Assembly (NCBI GenBank): GCA_963749075.1
Contig: CAVVLJ010000016.1
Coordinates: forward strand, 832,001 to 896,000
Source: an uncultured Pseudomonadota bacterium
Lineage (GTDB): Bacteria > Pseudomonadota > Alphaproteobacteria > JACZXZ01
Length of the DNA: 64,000 bases
Direction: 5' to 3'
Shown piece by piece: positions 38,367 to 48,555 of the stretch. The translations under genes were made by a program, and so were the position numbers. The notes under the pieces are model-generated. The model did no database searches and was not told the DNA's origin. It was given only the letters and a program-made list of their open reading frames with translations. The stretch's first letter is position 1, and each line of letters begins with the position of its first letter.

Positions 38367-39854
38367 CTATTGAGCGAGGCCGTCGATGTGGCGCTTGACC
38401 TCGGCGTAGCCGGGCGTGCCGGGAGAGAGCCCGGCGAGGAGCTTGGTCCAGAGTCCGGCAGCCGCCTGCTTGTGCCCGTGCGCGGCCTCGTCGAGGCCTA
38501 CGACCCAGAGCGCCTCGGCACGCTTGTCGTCGAGCGCCAGCACCTGGCGCATGACCTCGACCGCTGCGGTAGGCGGCGGCTCGCCTGGCTTGGCATCGGC
38601 CATCAGCGCATTGCCGTAGACGGCCAGCACGTCCTCGTCCTTGGGCGCCAGCTTGGCCGCGTGGGAAAGGGCGTCCAGCGACCTCGCGTGCTCGCCGAGC
38701 ACCTGATAGGCGCGGGCGAGGCGGCGCCAGCCGTCGAGATCGTCGGGCTCTTTGGCCAGGCGCGCCGCGAGGTTATCGACCATGCTGTGGATCATCTTGT
38801 CGCGCTCCGCGGCGGACATGTTCTGGGCGGCGGCCATGTCGGCAGCACTCGGGCCGGGTGCGGCCGGGCCGGGTGCCGCTGGGCCGGCTGCCGTTGGGCC
38901 AGGGGCCGCTGGGGCCGGTGCCGTTGGGCCGGGTGCCGCCGGTGCCGCGGCGCTGGGCGCGCCGTTGGCAGCGCCCGGCGGGGCGAGCTTCGCGGGATCG
39001 AGCTTGAACTGGGCGGCGGCGCGCTCGATCTGGGTCTTGAGCGCCGGCATCCAGGGCGCATCGGCGGGCCCGTCCGCCTCGAGCTTGAGCCAGTCGCGGA
39101 TGGCGCCCTCGCCGTCGCCGGCCTGGGCCTTGGCGAGGCCGAGATAGAAGCGCGCGCGCGGGTCCTTCGGCAGTTTGGCCAGAACGACCTCGAAGAGGTG
39201 GTGGGCCGCGGCGCTCACGCTGCCGTCGCCGGCCATCACCATCATCTCGGCCTCCGCGGAGACGAGGTCGGGGCGTCCGCCCGTGAGGCTGACCGCCTTG
39301 GCATAGGCCGCCCTGGCATCGTCGAAGCGCTCGAGCGCCGCCTTGCTGCGGCCCAGCATCGCCCAGCCGTCCACGTCGTCGGGCTGCACCTTGAGGCGTG
39401 CCTCGAGCTGCGCCACCATCCGTTGGATGTCGTCGGCGCTCTCGCCATGGGTGGCCGCGGTGCGCTCGGCAAAGGGGAAGTCGGGAACGCCGGGCGAGCC
39501 GATGAGGAGATAGAGGCCGAATGCCGCGAGCGGCACCAGCGTCGCCACGCCGAGTGCTGCACGCCGCCGCGCCATGCGGCCGGGCGCTGCTTCCGCGGCC
39601 GCGGCCGGGGCCTCGCTTCCGGCCGGTGCCGCGGCGAGCAGGCGCCGCGCGATCTCGCGCTCCGCCGCGCGCGCCTCGGCGGCCGCGATGACGCCGCGCT
39701 TCTCGTCGCGCGCAACCTCGGCGAGCTGGTCGCGATAGATCTCGCGGTCATAGGCCGCGCGCGGGGCCGGTTTGGACGGCGCGCGGAAGAGCGGGCGCAG
39801 CACGTACCACAGGCAGGCAATCGTGAGGCCCGCGAGGATGAACCAGAGGATCAC
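38367..39854 (-). CDS. ccmI: Cytochrome c maturation protein CcmI/CycH (TPR)
   Basis: IYRDQLAEV, REIARRLL, LYLLIGSP, TPR repeats PDDVDGW / PDDLDGW. Confidence 0.88.
   Translation of the reverse strand: MILWFILAGLTIACLWYVLRPLFRAPSKPAPRAAYDREIYRDQLAEVARDEKRGVIAAAEARAAEREIARRLLAAAPAGSEAPAAAAEAAPGRMARRRAALGVATLVPLAAFGLYLLIGSPGVPDFPFAERTAATHGESADDIQRMVAQLEARLKVQPDDVDGWAMLGRSKAALERFDDARAAYAKAVSLTGGRPDLVSAEAEMMVMAGDGSVSAAAHHLFEVVLAKLPKDPRARFYLGLAKAQAGDGEGAIRDWLKLEADGPADAPWMPALKTQIERAAAQFKLDPAKLAPPGAANGAPSAAAPAAPGPTAPAPAAPGPTAAGPAAPGPAAPGPSAADMAAAQNMSAAERDKMIHSMVDNLAARLAKEPDDLDGWRRLARAYQVLGEHARSLDALSHAAKLAPKDEDVLAVYGNALMADAKPGEPPPTAAVEVMRQVLALDDKRAEALWVVGLDEAAHGHKQAAAGLWTKLLAGLSPGTPGYAEVKRHIDGLAQ
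38851..38940. repeat. Six degenerate 15-bp tandem units encoding an AAPGP-type linker
   Basis: gggccgggtgcggcc / gggccgggtgccgct / gggccggctgccgtt / gggccaggggccgct / ggggccggtgccgtt / gggccgggtgccgcc. Confidence 0.8.
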
Positions 39855-40351
39855 GGCTCGCCCTCGTCCTCGACGAGCTGCTCGAGGCGCTGCTTCTCCT
39901 CGGCGCTGAGCGGTGCGGGCTCGCTAAGTGCCGCCCGCCGCCTGAGATGGAGGGCGATGCCGGCGGCGCCCAGGACGAGGATGAGCGCCGGGCCGAACCA
40001 CAAGAGGTAGGTCGCCGGCTCGACCCGCGGCCGCAGCAGCACGAACTGGCCATAGCGGTCGACGATGTACTGGATCGCCTGCTTGTTCGTGTCGCCGGCC
40101 TTAACGCGCACGCGCACGAGGACGCGCAGGTCATGGGCGAGATCGGCGTTCGAATCGTCGATCGACTGGTTCTGGCAGACGAGGCAGCGCAGCTCCTCGC
40201 TGATCGCGCGCGCGCGCGCCTCGAGCTTGGGGTCGGCGAGCATCTCGTCGGGCCGTACGGCCAAGGCCGGACCTAGGGCGAGGAGCCAAAGGACGGCGGC
40301 CCAAAGGAGGGCGGCCCAAAGGGGGGCTGCTAAGAGGGCTCTCCGCGTCAT
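39851..40351 (-). CDS. ccmH: Cytochrome c maturation protein CcmH/CycL
   Basis: LRCLVCQNQSIDDS, RYGQFVLLRP. Confidence 0.92.
   Translation of the reverse strand: MTRRALLAAPLWAALLWAAVLWLLALGPALAVRPDEMLADPKLEARARAISEELRCLVCQNQSIDDSNADLAHDLRVLVRVRVKAGDTNKQAIQYIVDRYGQFVLLRPRVEPATYLLWFGPALILVLGAAGIALHLRRRAALSEPAPLSAEEKQRLEQLVEDEGEP
40286..40330. repeat. Three 15-bp tandem units in the CcmH signal peptide
   Basis: ccaaaggacggcggc / ccaaaggagggcggc / ccaaaggggggctgc encoding AAPLW-AALLW-AAVLW. Confidence 0.8.
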
Positions 40352-40878
40352 CGCGCGAGTTGCCGCATGAGGGGGAGGATGGTCCCGGCGATGGTGTCCG
40401 CGCTGAGCGGTCCCACGTTCTTGTAGCGGATGGTACCGCCGCGATCGACGACGAAGGTCTCCGGCACGCCGTAAACGCCCCAATCGATCGCCACCCGGCC
40501 TTCGCGGTCGGCGCCGATGCGCTTGTAGGGATCGCCGAGATTGGCGAGCCATGTCCGCGCGTCCTCGGCGCTGTCCTTGTAGTCGATGCCGTAGAGCTCG
40601 ACCCCCTCCTTGGCAAGGCGCATGAGGAGCGGATGCTCCTCCCGGCACGGCACGCACCACGAGGCGAAGACGTTGATCAGCACGACCTTGCCCTTGAGGT
40701 CGCTCGAGGCAAGGCTCGCCTTGGCGTCGAGCAGTGCGGGGAGCGTGAAGCTCGGCATCGGCTTGCCGATGAGCGCGGACGGCACCAGCGCCGGGTCGCG
40801 CCCCAGCCCGGCAAGGAACATGAGCGCCAGGGCGAGAAACAGCACCGCGGGCAGGATGAAGATGAGCCGCTTCGCCAT
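40348..40878 (-). CDS. ccmG: Thiol:disulfide interchange protein CcmG/DsbE
   Basis: FASWCVPCREEHP, WGVYGVPETF. Confidence 0.92.
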   Translation of the reverse strand: MAKRLIFILPAVLFLALALMFLAGLGRDPALVPSALIGKPMPSFTLPALLDAKASLASSDLKGKVVLINVFASWCVPCREEHPLLMRLAKEGVELYGIDYKDSAEDARTWLANLGDPYKRIGADREGRVAIDWGVYGVPETFVVDRGGTIRYKNVGPLSADTIAGTILPLMRQLAR

Positions 40879-40879
40879 G

Positions 40880-42874
40880 TCAATCGCCGGCGGCGCCCAC
40901 GGCTCCGGCTGGGAGACGCCGGCGTGCCGGCGCGCCGACCCTGTAGCGGCGGTCGCTGAGGGAGACCAGGCCGCCGAACACCATGACGACCGCGCCGAAC
41001 CAGATCCACGGCGCCAGCGGATTGTTGTAGAGCCGCATCGTCCAGCCGCCCTTGCCGTCGGCATCGCCGAGCACGACGTAGAGATCGCTGAAGCCGGTGG
41101 TGCGGATCGCCGTCTGGGTCTCGTTGGTGTCGTCGCCCGCGACCGAGAAGAGGCGCTTCTCGGGATGCATCGTGGCGATCTCCTTGCCGTCCCTGCGCAC
41201 CACGACGGTGGCTCGGTCGGCGCGGAAATTGGCGCCCGCGACGGGCTCGACGTCCGCGAGGGTCACCTGATAGCCGGCGATCTCGGTCGCCTCGCCCACC
41301 CGCATGGTGCGGATATCCTCGGCCTTCCACGCGGTCGTGCCGATGATGCCGGCGAACACGATGCCGAGGCCGGCATGGGCAAGCGTGGTGCCGTAGCAGG
41401 AGCGCGGCAGATGGAGCGCCCGCTGCCAGCTCTCCGCGGCGGGCGCGCGCCCGATGCGCAGGCGCTCGGCGAGCTCGACGAGGGCGCCGACGAAGACCCA
41501 GGCGGCCAGCGCCATGCCGAAGACGGCGAGGAGCGGCCCGCCGCCGTGGAGATACCAGGCGACGGCAGCGGCCAGAACCGCGGCGACGCCCGCGAGCCAC
41601 AGGCGCTCGAGGGCGCCCAGGAGATCGGCACGCTTCCACGCCATGAGCGGCCCCAGCACCACCACGACGAGGAGCGGCGTCATGATCGGGGTGAAGGTCA
41701 TGTTGAAGAAGGGGGCGCCGACCGAGATCTTGGGGCCGCCGACCGCGTCGAGGAAGAGGGGATAGAGCGTCCCGATGAAGACCGTCGCGGCGGCGCACGA
41801 GAGCAGGAGGTTGTTGAGGAGAAGCGCACCCTCGCGGCTCACCGGCGCGAAGAGCCCGCCGCCCTGGAGCGTCGGCGCGCGCACGGCATAGAGGATGAGC
41901 GAGCCGCCGATGGCGACCACCAGGAGCCCGAGGATGAAGACGCCGCGCGTCGGATCCGTGGCGAAGGCATGCACCGAGGTGAGCACGCCCGAGCGCACCA
42001 GGAAGGTGCCGATGAGGCTCAGCGAGAAGGTGACGATGGCGAGGAGGATGGTCCAGCTCTTGAGCGCGTTGCGCCGCTCGACCACGATCGCCGAGTGCAG
42101 CAGTGCCGTGCCGGCGAGCCAGGGCATGAAGGAGGCGTTCTCGACCGGGTCCCAGAACCAGAAGCCGCCCCAGCCGAGGGTGTAATAGGCCCACCAGCTC
42201 CCCATGGCGATGCCGAGCGTGAGCACGCACCAGGCGGCCAGCGTCCACGGCCGCACCCAGCGCGCCCAGGCGGCGTCCACGCGGCCCTCGATCAGCGCCG
42301 CGACCGCGAAGGAGAAGGCCATCGAGAAGCCGACGTAGCCGAGATAGAGGAAGGGCGGATGGAAGGCGAGGCCCGGATCCTGGAGAAGCGGGTTCAGCCC
42401 GCGTCCGTCCGGCGGCGGCGGAAAGATGCGCGCAAAGGGGTTCGAGGTCAGGAGGATGAAGGTGAGGAAGCCCACCGCGATCATCGCCTGCACGGCGAGC
42501 ACGCGCGCCTGGAGGGCCGGCGGCAGGTTGCCGCCAAATGTCGCGACGCCGGCCCCGAAGAAGGTGAGGATGAGCACCCAGAGGACCATCGAGCCCTCGT
42601 GGTTGCCCCACACGCCCGCCACCTTGTAGAGGAGCGGCATGTCGGAGTGGGAATACTCGTAGGCGGTGAAGACCGAGAAGTCGGAGGTGACGAAGGCATT
42701 GATGAGCGCCAGGAAGGCGATGAGCACGAGGACGAATTGCACCTGGGCGGCCGGCCGCGCGAGTGCTATGAGCGGCCCATTGGCCCGCGCGGCGCCATAG
42801 AGCGGCACCGTCGCCTGCACCACGGCGATCAGCAGCGCCAGCACGAGTGCAAAATGGCCGATTTCGGCGATCAT
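40880..42874 (-). CDS. ccmF: Heme lyase CcmF/CycK
   Basis: MIAEIGH, WGNHEGS, WGGFWFWDPVENAS, SVHAF. Confidence 0.95.
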   Translation of the reverse strand: MIAEIGHFALVLALLIAVVQATVPLYGAARANGPLIALARPAAQVQFVLVLIAFLALINAFVTSDFSVFTAYEYSHSDMPLLYKVAGVWGNHEGSMVLWVLILTFFGAGVATFGGNLPPALQARVLAVQAMIAVGFLTFILLTSNPFARIFPPPPDGRGLNPLLQDPGLAFHPPFLYLGYVGFSMAFSFAVAALIEGRVDAAWARWVRPWTLAAWCVLTLGIAMGSWWAYYTLGWGGFWFWDPVENASFMPWLAGTALLHSAIVVERRNALKSWTILLAIVTFSLSLIGTFLVRSGVLTSVHAFATDPTRGVFILGLLVVAIGGSLILYAVRAPTLQGGGLFAPVSREGALLLNNLLLSCAAATVFIGTLYPLFLDAVGGPKISVGAPFFNMTFTPIMTPLLVVVVLGPLMAWKRADLLGALERLWLAGVAAVLAAAVAWYLHGGGPLLAVFGMALAAWVFVGALVELAERLRIGRAPAAESWQRALHLPRSCYGTTLAHAGLGIVFAGIIGTTAWKAEDIRTMRVGEATEIAGYQVTLADVEPVAGANFRADRATVVVRRDGKEIATMHPEKRLFSVAGDDTNETQTAIRTTGFSDLYVVLGDADGKGGWTMRLYNNPLAPWIWFGAVVMVFGGLVSLSDRRYRVGAPARRRLPAGAVGAAGD

Positions 42875-43035
42875 CCCACGTCCACCCTTGTTCGGCCGCG
42901 CCGCGCAAAGCCCGCGGCTGTCCGGATGTTGCGTCGCAAACAGAACCTTTAGCGGACGCCCGCGGCGACCGCGTATACACTCTAGCGCGGAATGGCAGCG
43001 CCGGCCAAGCCGTAGTCGCCGCACGGAGCAGCCCC

Positions 43036-44187
43036 ATGCAAGCTCTCGCCTTTGCCCCGCCGCCGCCGTCGCCTGGGGCGGAGGCGCTCCGCGCCGAGGT
43101 GCGCGCCTTCCTGACGCGCGAGCTCGCCGGGCGCACGGCGCGCGAGCGGGCCGAGTCCTGGAGCGGCTTCGATCCCGAGTTCTCCCGTAAGCTCGGCCGC
43201 CGCGGCTGGATCGCCATGACCTGGCCCAAACGCTACGGCGGCCATGAGAAGAGCGCCCTCGAGCGCTACGTCGTGCTCGAGGAGCTGCTCGCGGCCGGCG
43301 CTCCGGTGAGCGCCCATTGGACGGCGGACCGCCAGAGCGGGCCGCTCATCCTGCGCTTCGGCAGCGAGGCGCAGCGCATGGCGGTGCTGCCGCGCATCGC
43401 CGCGGGCGAGTGCTCCATCTGCATCGGCATGAGCGAGCCCGATTCCGGCTCCGACCTCGCCTCGGTGCGCACCCGTGCGACAGCGGCCCCGGGCGGCTAC
43501 CGGGTGAGCGGCACCAAGCTTTGGACCTCGCACGCCCATCGCGCCCACTTCATGATCCTCTTCTGCCGCACGGGTGCCGCGGAGGCCGGCGACCGCCACG
43601 GCGGGATGAGCCAGTTCCTCGTCGATCTCAAGACGCCGGGCATCGCCATCAGGCCGATCCGCAACCTCGCGGGCGAGCATCACTTCAACGAGGTGGCGTT
43701 CGACGACGTGCTGCTGCCCGAGGGTGCGCTCATCGGCGAGCTCGGCCAAGGCTGGCGCCAGGTGACGAGCGAGCTCGCCTTCGAGCGCAGCGGGCCGGAG
43801 CGCTTCCTCTCGACCTTCACCCTCCTCGTCGAGCTGGTGCGCGCACTCGGGCCCGAGCCCTCGGAGCATGCCAGGGCCGTCCTCGGCCGCATCATGGCCC
43901 ATATCGTGACGCTGCGGCGCCTCTCGCGCTCGGTCGCCGGCATGCTGCAGGCAGGCGCCGATCCCGCCTTGCAGGCGGCCGTCGTCAAGGACCTGGGCAC
44001 CCTCCTCGAGCAGGAGATCCCCGAGTTGGCACGTCAGCTCGTGGCGACCGAGCCCGCCGCCGCCTCGAGCGAGGCCCTTCCGGCCGTGCTCGCGGCGACT
44101 ATCCTTTACGCGCCGTCCTTCTCGATCCGCGGCGGCACGCGGGAGATCCTGCGCGGTATCATCGCGCGCGGCCTGGGCTTGAGATGA
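43036..44187 (+). CDS. Acyl-CoA dehydrogenase family (catalytic-type subunit)
   Basis: MSEPDSGSDLAS, GTKLWTS, HFNEVAFD, SIRGGTREIL. Confidence 0.9.
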   Translation: MQALAFAPPPPSPGAEALRAEVRAFLTRELAGRTARERAESWSGFDPEFSRKLGRRGWIAMTWPKRYGGHEKSALERYVVLEELLAAGAPVSAHWTADRQSGPLILRFGSEAQRMAVLPRIAAGECSICIGMSEPDSGSDLASVRTRATAAPGGYRVSGTKLWTSHAHRAHFMILFCRTGAAEAGDRHGGMSQFLVDLKTPGIAIRPIRNLAGEHHFNEVAFDDVLLPEGALIGELGQGWRQVTSELAFERSGPERFLSTFTLLVELVRALGPEPSEHARAVLGRIMAHIVTLRRLSRSVAGMLQAGADPALQAAVVKDLGTLLEQEIPELARQLVATEPAAASSEALPAVLAATILYAPSFSIRGGTREILRGIIARGLGLR

Positions 44188-44218
44188 CGGCTGCATGACG
44201 GGAGGAGAAGGAGGGGCC

Positions 44219-45022
44219 ATGGCCGAGGAGCCGGTGCTTTACGCGGAGGAGGGCGGCATCGTCACGCTGACGCTGAACCGCCCGGAGCTGCGCAACGCGA
44301 TCACGGACGGCGACATCATCGAGCGGCTGGTGGAGGCGGTCGAGCGCATGAACGCCGACATGGGCGTGCGCGCCGCCATCCTGACCGGCGCTGGGAGCGC
44401 CTTCTGCTCGGGCGGCAACCTGAAGCGCATGGCCGAGCGCGCGGGCCCCGGCGCCGAGGCGCCGGTCGAATCGCGGCGCTGGTACAAGCTCGGCATCCAC
44501 CGCATCCCGTTGGCACTCGAGCGGCTCGAGGTGCCCATCATCGCCGCGGTCAACGGCCCCGCCATCGGCGCCGGCTGCGATCTCGCCTGCATGTGCGACA
44601 TCCGCATCGCCGGCGAGAGTGCGCGCTTCGCCGAGAGCTTCGTCAAGCTCGGCATCATCTCGGGCGACGGCGGCGCCTGGCTCCTGCCGCGCGTGGTCGG
44701 CTTCTCCAAGGCGAGCGAGATGACCTATACGGGAGATGCGATCGACGCGCGCGAGGCGCTCGCCTGCGGGCTCGTCTCGCGGGTGGTGCCCGATGCCGAG
44801 CTCATGCCCGCGGCGAAGGCGCTCGCCCAGCGCATCGCGGCCAATCCGCCCCATGCGGTGCGCATGACCAAGCGCCTCCTCCACGAGGGCCGCCACATGC
44901 GGCTCGACAGCCTGCTCGAGCTCGCGGCGGCCATGCAGTCGCTCGCCCACGCCACGGCCGACCACAAGGAGGCTGTCACCGCATTCCTCGAGAAGCGCAA
45001 GCCGAGCTTCAAGGGGGATTAG
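44219..45022 (+). CDS. Enoyl-CoA hydratase/isomerase
   Basis: LNRPELRNA, AFCSGG, AVNGPAIGAG, AFLEKRKPSF. Confidence 0.92.
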   Translation: MAEEPVLYAEEGGIVTLTLNRPELRNAITDGDIIERLVEAVERMNADMGVRAAILTGAGSAFCSGGNLKRMAERAGPGAEAPVESRRWYKLGIHRIPLALERLEVPIIAAVNGPAIGAGCDLACMCDIRIAGESARFAESFVKLGIISGDGGAWLLPRVVGFSKASEMTYTGDAIDAREALACGLVSRVVPDAELMPAAKALAQRIAANPPHAVRMTKRLLHEGRHMRLDSLLELAAAMQSLAHATADHKEAVTAFLEKRKPSFKGD

Positions 45023-45309
45023 CGGAGCCGCAGGGAGACGGCGCGGGAGGCCCGGCGCGCACGCCGAGCTGGTGAACCGTCACTCGCCGCCGGCACGACC
45101 TCCCTCTCGCCCTCCGTGGCAAAACCTAATGCGTCACCCACGCCCGCCGCCTGTGGACAGCCGGCTGCGGAGCACGTACACTTATTGCGAGTAAAAGCCG
45201 CGCCCATAGGGGGTCGGAGCGGCCGGCGGATCGCAACAAGATCGTCGATCGGCGCACCTGCCATCCGCCCGCCGTCCGGGAGGCGGGCACGTGGTCGAGG
45301 GAAGGCGTC

Positions 45310-46767
45310 ATGCGGCACATGGTGCTCGTCATCTCCGATCTTCATTTCGAGGAGGAGGCCGCCGACATCATCGGGACGCCGGGGACTCCCGGCGCCATCG
45401 ACTTCCGCAGGAACGTCCCGGGGCGGGCCTTCGAGGAAATGATGGTCGATGTCATGGGCATGGCGGAGACCCACGAGGCCGACAAATTGGACTTCGTCCT
45501 GGCCGGCGATATTTTCGATTTGCACCGGACCCAGCTTTGGTTCTCGCAGGCCGGCGCCCCGTCCTCGCCTCTGCGCCCCTATGTCGATTGCGGCGATGTC
45601 CGCGCGGGCTCGCCGCTCGAGGCGAAAATCCTCTCGGTCCTGGATCATATCGTCGCCGAGCCGGACGTGAGCCGCAGCCTCGCCGTCTTCCGCCGGTTGG
45701 CGGGCAATGAATTTCTGGCGAAGCCGGACGACCCGGGGTCGAGCCGGAAATGCGGCTTTCCGACCGAGCTGCATTACTTCCCCGGCAACCACGACCGCCT
45801 CGCCAACGCCACGCCGGACATCCGGAGCCGTATCCGCGGGCTCCTCGGCCTGCCGCCCGATCACGGCTCCTTCTCGCATCAGCTCATCCTTTCGGATCCG
45901 CCGATCCTGATCCGGCACGGGCATGAATACGACCGCTTCAATTTCGCCGTTGATCTGCGCAAGCAAAAGATCGCCGTCTCGCTTCCCGACGTTTGCTACG
46001 ACACGGCGACTTTCGGCGATTTCATCACGGTCATGGTCGCCGCGCGGCTGCCCAACCTCTTCCGCTCGATGAAGGGCGACGCCGTCATCCTCGATGATCC
46101 CGTGCTGCAGGCCATCTATTGCCGGCTGCTCGAATTCGATGATCTCCGGCCGCAATCCAAGATCGTCGATTTCTTTCTCAACACCACGGTTCCTCGGCAT
46201 TTGCGCGCGAGATTTGCAGACCGCGCGGATTGGCAACGGCAGATCTGGAAGGAGGTCGAGCCCGTTGTGAGACGGCTGCTCGACGAGGTGGTGTCCGACC
46301 CCTACTTCCTGCGCTGGAGCAGGCGGCTTCTCAAATTCTACCTGCGATGGCTGATGCGCGCGCGGCCCTGGCGCTTCGGCATTCCGCTGTGGGCCGTGCG
46401 GTTTGCCCGTTACTTTCTCGGCAGCGGGGACGACGGGCCGCAAACCTTCGCCGCGCGCGAGGAGGCGCTCGAGACCGAGGCGGCCTGCTTCATCGTGGCG
46501 GGGCATACGCATAAGCCGAACGTCGCGCATCTCTTCACGCAACACCATCTCAAGAAATATTTCGTCGACACGGGAACCTGGCGGAACGCCATCCTGGCGG
46601 GCACGAACAAGTCCTCCTATGGGCGGGTGAATGCCACGACCTATGTGGCGTTCTACGGCGCGGAGCCGGCGCCGGGCGGCGCCACGCACGTCGCGGGTCC
46701 CGAGCGCGGGTTCGAGTTCTGGACCGGCTTCAATCAGAATTGGCCAGTCGACGGCTACGACCAGTAG
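45310..46767 (+). CDS. Calcineurin-like metallophosphoesterase with a large insertion
   Basis: All five motifs present: ISDLH, AGDIFD, PGNHD, RHGH, AGHTH. Confidence 0.82.
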   Translation: MRHMVLVISDLHFEEEAADIIGTPGTPGAIDFRRNVPGRAFEEMMVDVMGMAETHEADKLDFVLAGDIFDLHRTQLWFSQAGAPSSPLRPYVDCGDVRAGSPLEAKILSVLDHIVAEPDVSRSLAVFRRLAGNEFLAKPDDPGSSRKCGFPTELHYFPGNHDRLANATPDIRSRIRGLLGLPPDHGSFSHQLILSDPPILIRHGHEYDRFNFAVDLRKQKIAVSLPDVCYDTATFGDFITVMVAARLPNLFRSMKGDAVILDDPVLQAIYCRLLEFDDLRPQSKIVDFFLNTTVPRHLRARFADRADWQRQIWKEVEPVVRRLLDEVVSDPYFLRWSRRLLKFYLRWLMRARPWRFGIPLWAVRFARYFLGSGDDGPQTFAAREEALETEAACFIVAGHTHKPNVAHLFTQHHLKKYFVDTGTWRNAILAGTNKSSYGRVNATTYVAFYGAEPAPGGATHVAGPERGFEFWTGFNQNWPVDGYDQ

Positions 46768-46790
46768 CGGCCCCGGCCAAGGGGCGGGCA

Positions 46791-48509
46791 ATGGCGGAAT
46801 ACGACTACGACGTCGTGGTGATCGGCAGCGGCTTCGGCGGCTCGATCGCCGCCTGCCGGACGGCCATGAAATGGCCGGGCCGCGTGCTCCTGCTCGAGCG
46901 CGGCAAGCGCTATCCGATGGGATCCTTCCCGCGCACGCCTCGCGCGCTGGCGGCCAATTTCTGGAACCTGCCATCGGAAGATCGCGCCCGTCCCGCGCAT
47001 GTCGCGAAGCATGAGCTGCACGGTATGTTCGACATCCGCAACTACCGCCACCTCGACGCCGTCCTATGCGCCGGCCTCGGCGGCGGCTCGCTGATCTACG
47101 CCAATGTCTTTCTCGAGCCGCCCAAGGAAGTCTTCGCGGCGGGCTGGCCGAAGGCGCTGAGCATGGACATGCTGGTACCCTATTACGCCGTGGCCAAGTC
47201 CGTGCTGGGGGCAAGGACGATCCCGCAGAACGGCGACCCGCGCCGCGATATTCTTCGCACGAGGCTGTTCGAGGAGGTGGCGCGGCATCAGGGACGCTCG
47301 ACCCGGCTCGCGGAGATCAACGTCTTTTTCGGCAACGATTTCGAGACCCCGCTCGAGATCGGGGTGCAAGAGCGCAATCGCTACGGCGCATTGCAGACCT
47401 CCTGCGTCTACTGCGGCGAATGCGATGTCGGCTGCAACACGCATTCGAAGAACACGCTCGACCTCAACTACCTTCACGTTGCCGAGAAGCACCACGGGGC
47501 GAAGGTCCTCACCGAGCATCTGGCGACGAGGATCGCGCCGGCGGGGACGGACGGCAGGGATGACCCGACGACCGCGGGCGAGAGCGGCTACCGCGTCTAT
47601 TTCGACGATCTCGCCGCCGGAACGTCGTCGTCGGTGCTTGCGCGACGGGTGGTCGTCTCGTCGGGCGCGATGGGATCGACGGAGCTCCTCATGCGCTGCC
47701 GCGACGTGCACGGCACGCTGCCCCATATCTCGCTTGAGCTCGGCCGCCGCTTCTCGGCCAACGGCGACTTCCTCTCCTTCGTCGTCGCCGGCAAGAAGCC
47801 GGCCGATCCGAATTACGGCCCGGTGATCACCCGCTACATCGATTACAACCTTTTCACGGGCTTCGATCGCGACCGTGCCTTCATCCTCGAGGACGCCGCC
47901 TATCCCGCTTTCGCCGCCTGGTATGTCGAAGGCGTGCGGCCGGCGCTGACGACAATCCCGGCGATCGCGAAGGCGCTTGCCCATCTGGTGAGACGCTGGC
48001 TCGGGGGCGCCTCGCTGGGGCGGATGGGGTTCCTCTTCGCCGATGTCCTCAAAGGCGACCTGTCCTTCCACAGCGCCGTGCTTCTCTGCATGGGCCTCGA
48101 CCAAGCCACCGGCAGGATGGCGCTCAATCGCAACGGCTACCTCGAGATCGACTGGCCCTATCGTGACAGCCTGCCGCTCTACGATGCGATCAACCGGACG
48201 GCGCGCGCCTTCGGCCGGGAGATCGGAGCGCAGGCGGTGACGGCCCTCCCCAACTGGTGGTGGCCGCTGCGCAAGAACATCACCGTCCACTCGCTCGGCG
48301 GCTGCCGCCTGGGCGACGATGCGCGGGCCGGCGTGACCGACGCCGCGCCCGGCCGGATGGGGCAGGTCTTCGGCTATGCCGGCCTTTACGTGGCCAACGG
48401 CTCGATCGTCCCGACGGCGCTCGGCGCGAACCCGGTGGCGACGATCTCGGCGCTTTCGGAGATGGTGGCCGAGGGCATCACCGGTATTGCGCCGACGGCG
48501 GCGTTGTGA
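46791..48509 (+). CDS. GMC oxidoreductase, cholesterol oxidase (ChoD)-like
   Basis: GSGFGG, GGGSLIYANV, CVYCGECDVGC..KNTLDLNYL, TVHSLGG, ANPVATI. Confidence 0.85.
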   Translation: MAEYDYDVVVIGSGFGGSIAACRTAMKWPGRVLLLERGKRYPMGSFPRTPRALAANFWNLPSEDRARPAHVAKHELHGMFDIRNYRHLDAVLCAGLGGGSLIYANVFLEPPKEVFAAGWPKALSMDMLVPYYAVAKSVLGARTIPQNGDPRRDILRTRLFEEVARHQGRSTRLAEINVFFGNDFETPLEIGVQERNRYGALQTSCVYCGECDVGCNTHSKNTLDLNYLHVAEKHHGAKVLTEHLATRIAPAGTDGRDDPTTAGESGYRVYFDDLAAGTSSSVLARRVVVSSGAMGSTELLMRCRDVHGTLPHISLELGRRFSANGDFLSFVVAGKKPADPNYGPVITRYIDYNLFTGFDRDRAFILEDAAYPAFAAWYVEGVRPALTTIPAIAKALAHLVRRWLGGASLGRMGFLFADVLKGDLSFHSAVLLCMGLDQATGRMALNRNGYLEIDWPYRDSLPLYDAINRTARAFGREIGAQAVTALPNWWWPLRKNITVHSLGGCRLGDDARAGVTDAAPGRMGQVFGYAGLYVANGSIVPTALGANPVATISALSEMVAEGITGIAPTAAL

Positions 48510-48555
48510 CAAGCCGCCCCCGGCCGCCTATCAAGGATGCAAAGGGGACGCGACC

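Noticed and set aside
38851-38940. Regularly spaced repeats as a possible CRISPR array
   Set aside because: Contiguous 15-bp in-frame coding units with no spacers and no cas genes
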